From the human T2T-CHM13v2.0 reference genome, Homo sapiens: DNA of 64,000 bases. The notes below the pieces were generated by a model. That model saw nothing but the letters and a program-made list of their open reading frames with translations. It was not told the origin of the DNA and searched no databases. Shown here in pieces: positions 48,311 through 61,160 of the stretch. The stretch lies in assembly GCF_009914755.1 (NCBI RefSeq), contig NC_060940.1. One strand, written 5' to 3'. The position numbers and the translations under genes are program-made. The stretch's first letter is position 1. Every line of letters begins with the position of its first letter.

Positions 48311-50209
48311 AGTCCTCCTTGGGGACAGGTGATTGTAGGTAGAAAAAAGAAATATGGGGAGAGGCATGCTGAATTGAAAAAAAAAACCTCTCTAAATGAA
48401 ACTGAGAACCACATCTTCTAGTACTAATTATAGGTAGAGAACTCTGCTAAATATTTTGCAAGCATTATCCAATTTAATGATAAAAACCATACTGGACATG
48501 AGAAGCCATTATATCCATTTTACAGAAAAGAAAAATGAGCTGGGTTGGAATTGCAGCTGGGACATTTTTGATACTGTGATCTTAGATACATTCATCTGTC
48601 AGACTCCAGCTGATTCCAAACTCCTTGTTCATTCTATTAGGTTGTGCTATAAGAAAAAATTCTGTAAGCTTTAAAAGTGGTAAGTCAACTCAAGGCACAG
48701 CCAATAAGCATTTATATGACTGTACATTATTTACCTAACTCTGCAGAGGGAGCCAGATATCCTTTAGTGTAGTAACGAAGAATGGCTCCTGCATATCCCC
48801 AGCAATTCTCAGGAAAAGGTGGGTGTTATATTCTCTTAAATAGAGAGGCGTTTTTTTCTTAGTCCTATTACTGGCAGCTTCTAAATTTAATAACAAAATG
48901 CTCACCTACAAATAAGAAGAATAAAAGCTTAACTTGCCAGGGGGAAAAAAAGTTCTATGATGTAACAGACCCAGGAATAAGTGATATTCATGGGAAGGTC
49001 ACTGCCTGAGGCTGCTTGATAAACTCCAGCCCTTTCCTATATCCACTGTTTAATGTTTAAGCTTTGGATGCTAAGAGTGGTTATAATAAACTGTCCAACA
49101 GTTTCTCACTTAGACTTCCCAAGAAGGTGACAAAATAAAATCAATGTAAAGCTGTCAAAAGAGAGGCTCATCACTGAAGTATATTTTGCTCAATCACCCA
49201 TTTGAAACCAAGTATTTCCTTTAATCAGCTCTTTTGAGAATTTAGCCAATGGAACACCAAGAGCCTCCAACGATCGTTTCCCATCTACATTCTTTTTAAG
49301 AAAAATGCAGGCAAATTCCTGAATCGACCTTGTTCTGATAAGTCTCCTTGAGGTAAGGTCGTCATGATTCTCACCCACATTTTTCCACTGTCTTGTCAGA
49401 TGAATCCGTGAAATTCACAGATTAACTCAAGTCCCTCACTCAGACATTCTAAATGCACCAAATGTTCAAGTGTAACAAAAAATTACACATCTGGTAATTC
49501 TGCGTGTTATTTATAGCCTTTCTGATAGAGGCATAATTGATTCAGAAATGTAATTTACAGCTTGGCATCTCCGTTTCAAAGCCTCAATTCTATGACATCC
49601 ACCAAGAGAGTAATCTCACTTTTGTGAGGAAGCAAACATAATAATTGTAAAGAATTTTTGTATGATAGTCTCACGCTTTTGCATAAAGTTTTTCTCGCTC
49701 CTTGTTTTTCATTTGCAAAGTGGGCAATATTCATGTCAGCCACACACTTTTAATTCTACAGAATGGTTTATGAAGGCATAAATGGAGCATAAAGTTGATC
49801 AACAAACCCTAGGATGATGGCAAATGGCTAAGGCAAGTTTCTCTTGCCCTCTAGTTTTAATTGCAACCCTCATAAGAAAACACTCTCTAATTTAACTAGG
49901 TAATTGTTTTCTTCAAAGAGAACATTTGTTATTTAGTGCCATTTTGAAAACTACTAAAGAATATTGGAATTTTTTTTTTATCCAAGAAGAGTCATAAAAC
50001 CACTTTTTCTTCTTCAGTCTCTGTCTTCCACACCCTTCTTAAGTATAAAATTGATGCCTTAATTATTGCCCCAGTCTCTTGTCTTGGGCACATTTTGAGG
50101 AGGATAAGCTTATGTGAGGGTATAATTTCCTCTAGCTAGTGGGGGCCCAGCATGAGTTTTATTGAAATAAGCCTAGGTATCTAACCTTCATCATCATGTC
50201 CAAAAATTA

Positions 50210-51350
50210 GAGTTACATAACTGAAGAATGAGCCCAGTTTAGTTCAACTTTGTATAATAAAGTTGTGAGTTGTTTTTCAGTTGCCACGAATCCCAGGATT
50301 GCAAGTTTTGCAACCTGAGCATGCCTGGTGAACCAAGAGTGCAACCATGGGTAGAAACAAAGTGCTTGTGTACCGGTGAAATGTATCTGAGTTACTTGCG
50401 GTGAATCCGCATGGGTCTGCAGCAACCTCAATTCTTGCCTTCTCAGAAGAAAGAATTTGACTGAGGATCATTAGGCAGAAAAAGAGACCGAGGCACGTTT
50501 CAGAGAAGGAGTGGAAGTTTATTTTAAAAGGCTTTAGAACAGGAAAGAAAGGAAAGTATGCTTGGGAGAGACCCAAGTGGGCAACTTGAAGGACAAACGT
50601 GCTGTTTAACCTTGATCCTAGGACTTCATAGGCTGGCCCCTTTCCCAGGATTCTTCCCTTAGGATGGGCTGCCCACATGTGCAGTGCTCTTACCCTTGGG
50701 AGGTGAACACATGCAGTGTGTTTAGGAAGTTGTAGGCATGCTCATCTGAGGCTTTCTTCCCTTTCCTGGTGGAGTGTAACTGGGAGGTCATACTCTGCCA
50801 TTTTGTCTTTCGATGCGTATGCCTGGGAAGTTGCTTCTCTCTGGCACCTGCATTCAATGAACACTGTAGTGTGATAGGTGTGGACCATTAGGAAATGGCC
50901 TCTTCCTGGTGCCAGGTGCTAATTTATCACTTTTGGAGAGGCAATGTGATCATTGCTGAGCCATCACCCGACATTCCCAGTGGGTGTGGGGAGAGCCCTC
51001 TCCTGCCCCGTTCATGCCTGTCTGTAACACTTGGGACTAAATTATGAGACAAACACCTAAGGCATGTGCCATACTCCAATCAGATAGAGTCCTGGCATCA
51101 CCCTTTGGCATGATCCAGTCAGATCATGCCTCCCAGCAGCACCTCATTGCAAGATCCAATCAGGTCATGCCTTGTTATCCTCTGCTTATAAAACTTACCT
51201 CAGCCTCATCTTAGGGAGACAGGTTTGAGCATTGTCTCCAGTCTTATTGCCAGCCAACTTGCAATAAAGCCTTTCTTTTCTCAAAAGTAAGTGCCACACT
51301 ATTGGCTTCTTTGTGTGTTGGGCAGCGAGCCCATTGCTTGCTTGGTAATA
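50210..51350 (+). mobile_element. ERV1 LTR (MER67-like), split by MER50
   Basis: CCAAT repeats, TATA-like cttataaaa, AATAAA near 51263 and 3' end 'gagcccattgcttgcttggtaata'. Confidence 0.6.
50369..51029 (-). mobile_element. MER50-type ERV1 solo LTR
   Basis: TG...CA ends, perfect 4-bp TSD cttg, and 'tcagaagaaagaatttgactgagg'. Confidence 0.8.
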
Positions 51351-52189
51351 ATTATTCTAATTCTGGCCATGCATATCTGATCTATATCATGTAAGTTTAC
51401 TTCAGTTTCTAATTAAAAGCTCAGGTTTCTCTTTGGTCATGGAAAATAATCTGTTCAGAACTATCCCCTTAGCATTGCTGGCCCACTCTGATTCCTAGGC
51501 CAGACTGTTATTTATGACACTAGGAGCAATTCTAGGAAATTTCAACAACCCCTTGGTCCTTCATTGAGCCCTACTTTCTGGGCTTGCTCTTCACTCCCTG
51601 CTTTCCATTCCTGCCTTGTTACTTGTGTCTGACACTAACACTGCTATTCAAGCATTGCCTCTGTCCTAAGAATCCAGCTGTGATGCTCCATACCTGCAGA
51701 TGTGATTTCTTTGTTTACAGAGATGGCCAAGATAAAGTCAGAATTCACTGTGAGCTTTTGCATTTCTCTTTTTTTTTTACTTGACTCATCACAGAAAGTC
51801 AGAAATATACTTCAAACAGTAATATGCAAACAAAAGTACACATAAGACAAATATAAATGCTGCTATTGTATTTGTATGTTTTCTCCGTATGTCATCTCTC
51901 TCTCCCTGCTCTGTCATCTATCTATCATCTTATATCATCTACAAGCTTGACATCATATTGTTAATGCAAATTTTATCTGTGATTTTCACTCAGTATTTCA
52001 TCATTTTTATGCTCCTATTTATAAAAAAAAATTAAAACCTTTTTTGTTTTGAGAAAGAAATGTTTTCTGCATTATAAATGTGTCAAAATTTACTTACCCA
52101 TTTCCATATTTAGGCATTTTGATTAATTATCAAGTTTTTATTTTTCATAATCAAACCTTGATGAATATCTTTTTACTCATTAAAACTCT

Positions 52190-53130
52190 CTATTGAGGAC
52201 TTATGTGTGAGGCCCTATTTTATGCACTGGAAATTCAACAATCACAATAGATGAACTTAAGCACATAAGGAAAAAGAAGTCTAGGGTAAAATGGGAAAAA
52301 AAGGCAATTCTATTACTGTTTGAAAAGTGTTAAGGGCACATAAAAAGTACTGGATACAATTGGAAGTCAGAGAATACTTCAAGGGAGAGGTAGTCTCTAG
52401 ACACAAATGTGAAGGATGAATAAGAGTTAACCAGATAAATGAAAATATTGGGAAAGAAGTCACTTTTGTAAACGTAATGAACACTAAGTGCAAAGTCCTA
52501 TGAGCAAGAAAAAGCATAAGTTTGAAAAAGTACAAGTAACTTAGAACATTTGGAACACTGAATGTGAGGACTTATAAGACTGCTTAAGAATATAGTTTAG
52601 GGCCAGATCATAAAAGGACTTCCACAAGATTTTAAGGAATTTATTTCTTATTCTGAAGACAGTGAAAGTCTTTAAAATGTTTTAAGCAGAGAGAAGCATA
52701 ATTGAAAATGCATTGTAGAAAGATTATTGGTAGCTTTGTAAAGATTGCACTGGGGAGGAGCAAAGTAGACAGAGGTGCTAGTTAGGAGATTACTCCCATA
52801 ATGCAAACATAGATGATGATAGCTGGACCGAAGGTGGTAGGAGAGTGGGAATTAGGATGAAGAAAAAGAATTTAAAAAATTGCCTTGATATGACATGATG
52901 ATTTTACTTAGTAAGTATGGGAGAAGAGGCAGCCAAGGATGATGTCCCCTGGGGAAATTGTGATGCCATGTGCATAGAAAAGCAACAGGGAGAAGAAGCC
53001 AGTTTGTGGAGGTGCATTGATTTAGAAGTTGTGAGCTATTTCTGAAGAATAGGCAATCTCCTATGTGAAGTTTAAAAGAGAGATCTGAGTGGGAACAGAA
53101 TAGAGATTTGAGTGAGAGATACATCAACTC
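52190..53130 (-). mobile_element. L2 fragment
   Basis: 'tattgaggacttatgtgtgaggcc...ggccagatcat...ttttaagcaga'. Confidence 0.65.
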
Positions 53131-53989
53131 TTATAATTTTATTGGGAGATAATTCTAGGAATGAAATTATTCATCAAAGATTGTTGATGCATTTGACACG
53201 GTGATATCTAGAAAGGTCACAGATGTTGGCCTGTTGGCACAGTAATTTAGACTTCAGATCAGCCCATCACTGTATTCTTAGGAACCTTTTGTCCTCTGGG
53301 TCTATGCTTGAGCCCCATCATATTTCTTTCTCTCCATTCTACTGTTGCAGGACCAGCATTGTCTGAACCATACTATATAATGATGACTCATTCCTCATGG
53401 GATGGGGGTGGGGTTTAAACACATGACATCTTTGAAGTATTGTTTTAGCGTTCTGAGCAGTGGCTGGAATATTTATATCAACAATAAATAACACAACAGA
53501 AGAAAGACCTTTTTCAATATCTGGCTTCTACTCAAACTGTAGGCTCAGCTGTGATTCCTAAATGTTTTAATTAATGTCTCTCAAAGGGAGGTTTTACTAA
53601 AGCAAATGAGAGGCACCTTGATACATATCCATTTATGTATCAAGGCTTATGAGCCAGGGGTGCTGACACTCCCTGAAGATCTTACCTCTCTTGAAATGGA
53701 TGATGCTTCCCACGCTGATGATGGGGCCTGCATTCTTTTCATTATATCACTGCATTCTCAATGAAACAGAAAGCAATTAATTAATTAATCAGATGGTAAG
53801 TCATTGAGTGTTGGATAATTGGCTTTATATTAGGATACATTTGGAATTTTAGAGATGTCTATTTATATAGTTAGGTAGTTTATCAATGTCCTGAAAGGAC
53901 AGAGTGACTGGGAAGAAACACTGTATATGAACCCACCCCAGACTCATGATAAGAAGATTTGATACTGTCTACCTAAGGAGAGTGTATGC

Positions 53990-54230
53990 TGTTTTGTTTT
54001 ATGTAATAAGTACTATTAAATATTGACTATTTATAAAGTACCCAGGAGTTATGTTAAACACTTGACATGTATGATCTCTTCTAAGTCTAATCACAGCCTG
54101 TGGTGTACATACTATCAATATCATCTTGTTACAGAAGAGGAAACCAGCTTAAAGATTAAATAACTTGTTCAAGACTATACAAATGGTAAGTAGGGGAACC
54201 CATATTCAAATCCAGGCAAACTGATTCTAG
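53990..54230 (-). mobile_element. MIR
   Basis: 'acagaagaggaaacc...ttaaataacttgttcaag...attcaaatccaggca'. Confidence 0.65.
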
Positions 54231-56079
54231 ATGAACTGGAGGTTATCCACAATTCAGAGTAAAATAGTTCAAGAGTGTCTAGAAAAATCATTCTTTGTCC
54301 TCATTCTGGAGCTCACAGTAATAGTTTCACAAAGGAAGACAAGTTAAAGTATGGTAATGGTGTCAGTGTGTATGAAAGACAAAGAATTTCTAAATGTCTT
54401 GTAAAACACTTCAGAAGATATCAGCCTCCTTGTATGATTTCCAGCAAGAAATAAGCAGATTGACCTTCTGGTTCTTATCCTCAATTATCTATTCTTATCT
54501 TTAATTAGCAAATATTTGTCTTCTATGAGCAGAAACTGAACAGTCACTGGGGTTAAACAAGTCATAATCTACATGAAAAGAAAATAGTAATTTTTTTTAG
54601 AAGCATATGGGATTTCATTATTTTATTGGGTTCTTAAGGTCTCCACATAGTCAATGGATATTCACCAAATCCACAGTGGATATTGGCTCTAGCCAAAGGC
54701 CTGACTCCTCTCTTTGATTAGTAAAGAGGTACTTCAGACAGAGTCAACGTGAACTCTGAATGTGGATGGCTAGTTGAGAAGGGCCACAGACAATCTCCTG
54801 TACTACTGAACTCTTCCTAGCCAGCTCTCCATTTACTTTTCATCCTTGATTGACCTTTAAAAAGTTAGTCATTTTCATATTCATAGACATATATATTTTA
54901 AAATTCGTAATCATCACTTTTAATAGCGTTTCTGTAGTGGTTGGTGCTGTCTCTCATATAACAAGCTGGCATTAATCTCTTGATGTTTAATAATACTGAT
55001 TAATTTTCCTGTAATATTTCAATATTCATCAGTAATGAATTTTTATAAGGGCTGATCTTTGAGTCTCTCTTCTGCCATCTAGGACAAACCTCAGTCGACC
55101 TGGTATGTCTGTGTATGGAAGATGATATGTGGCATTTAAAGACTTCTAAAGTCAAACAAAGGAAGTTACTCACTGTGTTGATATATGGATGTACTGTCAA
55201 TAGTTGACACACCATGCTAAGATCACTCATGAACCTAAAGGATAAAACCCAGAAATGCTAGCAAACTAGCTAACAAAAGGCAGTACCCACATTACAATTT
55301 AGTGTCTGTTTGTCAGTATTTATTTGGGGGGTCAAGTGCTCTGTTTACCTAGAAGTACTGATTCAGATGCCTTTTTTCCAATAATCACCAATGATAACTT
55401 TTTGAGGAAGTGAAAGTTTTGCAGGTAAGATTTCTTTATGCAAGCCTCTAGGTTAAGTGGCAGAATTGCAAGAATAGTTCGGGGTTCTTAAGTTTAAACC
55501 AAGGTTGAGCTTCTGTGAATGCCAATGCTAGTCTTGTTCTTTTTCCAGCCTGGCATATCAAAGGCTAAGTAGTTCACTGGAGAATGACATTGCTGAGACT
55601 GGAATATTTATTTTCTGATAGCTGAATTCTTCACTTGCAATGCTAGTATTTTATGCAACACTCATGACAATCTTATGATATTCATAGATATATTCATGTT
55701 GGAACTTAAAACTGAGTGTGTGGTTGGGGATGTTGTTATGTAATAATAAGAAAAGAAAAATAATAAAAGTAACCTTTGAGGTCAGAAAAACTCAGAAGAG
55801 AATTACAACCCTACCATTAGCTACCCATGCAACTTAGACAAGTCATTTATCTCTGTGTTAAATAATTCTAGTTGCTTACCCAATATCTAGTGCCAATTCT
55901 TTCGTTCTTTCATTACTTTATTCCTTCATCTATTCTTTATTCTTTGCTAACGGCATAGCACTTACTTTGTGTTAGATCTGATTCTAAGAACTACACAAAT
56001 ATAAAGTCATCACTAACCCTGATTTTATTCAGGGCTGCACTGGAGTTTGGAATACTTAATTCATTGGCTTTCCTTACAG

Positions 56080-56470
56080 ATATAGGTGGTTATGTGATGT
56101 AGTTTTGGACAACAGAGATTAAACTTTGGGTGGGGCCTTTTGAAAATATTTTCTCCTTCTTATAAAAAGGGACAGGCTTGGCTGGCACACAGCCCTTTCC
56201 TGTTCACTCTCTGCTTATTTATATTCCTTTATCTTCCTACCCAGAGCACATTTACAATGCCCAAAGGCCGGCAGCCATCTTGAAAGACTAAGGATAAAAG
56301 CCATGTGCTGGGCATGGCATACCAAGGAGCCCGAGTCCCTAATGGGAATGTTGACCCTCTGCATAGCATCTCCAGCCCACCCAGAGTTTCTGTTCAAGAG
56401 AAATGATGCTTCATTTGTCTGAGCCACTGTTAGTCAAGTTTTCTCTAGCTTGTACCTGAATAATTCTAAT
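56080..56470 (+). mobile_element. Old MLT1 (J/K-like) LTR fragment
   Basis: 'ggcagccatcttg', 'gagcccgagtccctaatg' and 'gagccactgttagtcaagttttct'. Confidence 0.55.
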
Positions 56471-56758
56471 TGTTAAGCATTCTTTGGGCTTCAGTTTGCT
56501 CATCTGTAAAATGGGATGTAAATGTAAAATCCATGTAAAATGTAAAATGTAAAATCTCTGAAAGGATTGTTAGGATTAAACAAGATAGAACATGTAAAAC
56601 ACAAAGGACAGAGTATTGTCCAATAAACCCTAGTTCTCCTTGACATGTGCATATAAACCTTTCTCTATTCCAACACATGGGGGTAGGAAGAAGTGTAGAA
56701 CATTAGATAATCTTGATGGTCATTAGTGTTTTATACTCATTTGTTTAGCTTTTCTTTT

Positions 56759-57414
56759 TGCAACTGCTTTTGCAAAAATTATAAGTGGGAAAATTATGGC
56801 AGTGAGAAATCTGATTTAAACATCCCCAACCTCTTTTTCTTGTCTCTTAATTGTTACTGGGCTTTTGGGCCAAGCTAATCTGGAGAGACATTTGATTTAT
56901 AGTTGAAATGATAATAGGCCTTCCCAAAACTCAACTGCCTTTGTAAAGCTAATGAAAGGACATCAGGCTAGGGGGAGGAGAGGAACCTGAAGATATGCAA
57001 CACCACTATTGTAGATTGGTGGCCATCACTATTGTAGATGGGTCTTTTGAGATATCTTTTCAGGTTTTTTGCATGTCTGACACCCATGGTTTCACCTGGA
57101 TCTATTGACCCCCGCCTCAACCAACCAGTCTTGTGAAGAAGTGACTCAGCTGGAGGACAGCTTCCACCCCCTGTGATTTTATCTCCACCCCAACCAATCA
57201 GCAGCAAGTACCCATTACCTGGCAACCCCCACCCCTTCCTCCAAAGTGCCTTTGAAAAACCCCTAACCTATGAGCTTCAGATGACTTTGATTTGAGTACT
57301 AACTTCGTCTCCCAAGTGGCATGACTGGCCCCTTGTCTATTAAACTCTTTCTTTACTGCAATGCTGTGGTCTGTCTTTGTGCAGTGAGCAGGAAGAACCC
57401 CTCAGGTGGTTACA
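56759..57414 (+). mobile_element. LTR8/LTR8A-type ERV1 solo LTR
   Basis: 'tgcaactgcttttgcaaaaattataa' ... 'attaaactctttctttactgcaatg...ggtggttaca'. Confidence 0.75.
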
Positions 57415-57523
57415 TTCTTTTCTCTTTTTGTTCTGTGTTGTCCCTACAGCCATTGCTATGAGGTATGACATCTGCACACTCAATGCATAATCATACCAAA
57501 TTTGCCTTTTAAAATTCCTTCTT

Positions 57524-57823
<300 letters not shown>

Positions 57824-59619
57824 AAAATTTCTTCTTATACACAAAGGCAAGTTGGGGGAGGAATAATATTTATTGAGGTAAGACTAAAGAATGGGGCATT
57901 GCTATGCTTCTGAAAAATATGTGCTTTAATGATAGAATAATCTGCTTTTGAATCCCATCTCTTCAATATGTGAACTGTGTGACCACACTGGCAAGTTGTT
58001 TAACCTTTCTGAGTCTCAGTTTCCCACCTGGAAACAACGAGGATAAAGCCCATCTCTCAGGCTCCTTGTAAATGTTAAGTAAGTGAATGCCCTTGGATGC
58101 ATAGTGCCTGGACTTCAGAGGGGTTCTGGAAGCATTCTCTTTCTTTGTCTACTTCTCATTTTTTTCTCATTCAGTATAGTTAGGTGCTTTTTGTTGCTGT
58201 CAGTGTTTGCAGCAAATTCCAAGAATTCACTTAGAGCATACCCTCTCAAGTGGCCAGAGAGAAGGTCTTTGCATTGGGCAATTTCTGTAAGTATGGAGCT
58301 CCGTTATGATACAACTGAAATATTGTTTTAATGTCTCTCTCAAAAGGATTTGCTCTAAGTCATGCTTTGCACTGTGGGAAGGTGGATTTTATTTGTAAAA
58401 CAGAAAATAAAAAGCTTTGAACAAGAAAATTTCTTTTAGAAATGGAATCCTAATAAACATTGCATTCTGAAGAGGTCAAAGTTTAGAAAATAAAGTGGAA
58501 ATGCAGGCAAAAATAAGAAAAAGACAAATCTGAACCTCTCTCCTTATAGGTCACCCCTCATTGGCTTAAATACAGTGGAGATTTGCTCTGTGTGAAATAA
58601 CCATTGACATCAAAATCTTGGCAAGTGAGTAACCCAAACAGATATGGGAGAATTACACAAATCTTCAAGCTATTTTCCTTGTCTGCAGTGGGTGGGTGGG
58701 GCATAAAGCGAATGGGAGAAAAAAGTGGTTGAAATCATATCAAGTGATGAAATTTCCAGAAGCTCAAAAGATTACAGATTTTTGGTCACTTATTAAAATT
58801 CTGAGTGGCAGCAGATATCATCTGTGTTACCTTACAAGACAGTGGCCTCATATGGTTCCCAAAATACCCAGAGATGGAGAGAAATATTTAGAACTATCCC
58901 CAGATGGAAAGGCTGCTTCTGAAGAAAGTGTTTTCTTTTGCACCAGAAGAATTGCAGAGGGCATATCTGTCATATTAATTTAGACTATTCCTTTGGTCTT
59001 CTTGGCAGATGGGGTCTGATCAGTGGGAGGTTTCTCTAAGGCTGAGACCAGGGCAGCCATTTTGTGCCAGGCAATCCTCCCTCCTTGGGAAGAGATGATT
59101 GAACTAAGAGTTAGACGTCCAATCCAAGTTGGATCAACCACATTCTTTGACAATTTACAATGAGAAAAACAGAGACTGGAATGTGGGAGCAGAGCCAGAG
59201 TAATGGTGGATTTCTTAATGGGAGGTCTATTGACCTCTAAAACTGAGGTCCTGGGGGTTTCTCATTCTTCTCATTTATGCTTCAAATTTTCACAGGAAAA
59301 ATACCTATACAACTACTCAGAACAGAATAATAAATGAAAACAAATTTCTACAGTGATCATAGTATACTTTGCTATTGTCTTGTATTCCATGGTACTCCTA
59401 TCTCTGACATCAATATTATATTACTAACTGACATGGACATATAAAACACCAGAGATAAGTAATAGCTATTGGTTAGCAGATAGAGAATGTGCCAATAGAT
59501 ACTCATTAGTAAAAATTAAACATGAGACTCATGAGGAAAATGAGGCTGCTTTGGACTGAAAATTAATAGCATGAGCCAAGATTTCATGTAACAAATTGGA
59601 GATCTGCAAGGAACATTCT

Positions 59620-61160
59620 TGTGATCACCACAGTCCACCCACTTGCCTCACACAGATCTACTTTTCCACACGTGTTCAGGAAACAACTCCTTCATGGTTT
59701 CTGGAGGTCTTTCTTCTTGAGGAGAATTTCAAAAAGAAAGAGGTACGTGGAATGAACTACAGCTTCTACTACTCCCATTGATCCTGGGGCTGCCCCTGGT
59801 ACTCATCCTCTCCTTCATTATCCATTCTAAATTCTTCTCACCTCTAGCCTTCACCTTCCCAGGACTAGGTAGCTTATCTGGTGGTGTGACCAAATCTTCA
59901 TACCTGAAGCATCTGAACTGAACTTGATTGATAATCATGCCCTTCTCAATGCAGGGTTTTTACATATGTGTGTGTTTACAGTTGTGCCTGGGCACAAGAG
60001 GACCAGGAGACACTCAGGGAATCACCTGGATTCCACACGTATTTCTCCCTGCCCCTATTGTGTCAAAACAGCCCTACCTCCTCTTGCTGATCAGGATAAA
60101 TTACTCCTACAAGTATGCTGGCTCCTCTTTTTATCTACTGGCCCCAATAGAACAAATCCTGCTCAATAGAACAAACTCTAGTGATGTCTGCCCATAAGAG
60201 TGTGCCTTTTTTGGGACCAGGACCTCCAGCCTTGCATACAGGGGCAGGAAATACAAAGTCCTCCTCTGGATCATTGGGCATGAGGGTAAGTGGCCACTTC
60301 TGCTTTCACTCTTTGGTTCTCAAACCCATGTGTATTAGTCAGGGTTCTCTAGAGGGACAGAACTAATAGGATAGATGTATATATAAAGGGGAATTTATTA
60401 AGGAGTATTAACTCACATGATCACAAGGTCTCACAATAGGCCACCTGCTAGCCGAGGAGCAAGGAAACCAGTCTGAGTCCCAAAGCTGAAGAACTTGGAG
60501 TCCGATGTTTGAGGGCAGGAAGCATCCAGCATGGGAGAAAGATGTGGGCTGGGAGGCTAAGCCAGTCTAGTCTTCTCATGTTCTTCTGCCTGCTTTTTAT
60601 TCCAGCCACTCTGGCAGCTGATTAGATATCCCCCCCCGCCCCCTCCAGATTGAGGGTGGGTCTGCCTTTCCCAGTCCACTGACTCAAATGTTAATCTCCT
60701 TTGGCAACACCCTCACAGACACACCCAGGAACAATACTTTGCATCCTTTGATCCAATCAAATTGACACTCAGTATTAACCAGCACACCATGTATCCTTCC
60801 TGTTGGGAAGGAAGCATCCTATAAGGGTCTGTAATTTAATGGGTATGTTATATCCTGAAGAATGGCACTCCATCCTTTCGGAGTGTTTCTTCAAGCTGGC
60901 ACTTTAGTTATGCCTTTAGAAGCTGTTTCAATGTTGTATGAATTCAGATGCCTCTGGAGAATATAGTATGTGTGATATGACCAGTAAATTCCATAGTCAT
61001 GGGTCCACTCCTAGGCCTCTTGCTATAAAGTGGGTCCTCTGGTTGCATGCTGTGCTAGGTGGGACTTCATGCTTGTGGACCAGGAATTTCCTAAGTCCCC
61101 AAATAGTGAGGAATAAACCTTCCATGAATGAAAGGTAAATTCATAGCTGGAATAGTTGTT
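59620..61160 (-). mobile_element. ERVL/MaLR internal fragment, split by MLT2A
   Basis: The reverse complement gives 'cttcaggtatgaagatttggtcacaccaccag' (same pol-end motif as 1-170) and PPT gggtggactg near 59635. Confidence 0.6.
60331..60786 (-). mobile_element. MLT2A (MLT2A1/A2, HERVL) solo LTR
   Basis: 'tgtattagtcagggttctctagagggacagaactaatagga' ... 'gacactcagtattaaccagcaca'. Perfect TSD ccatg. Confidence 0.92.
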
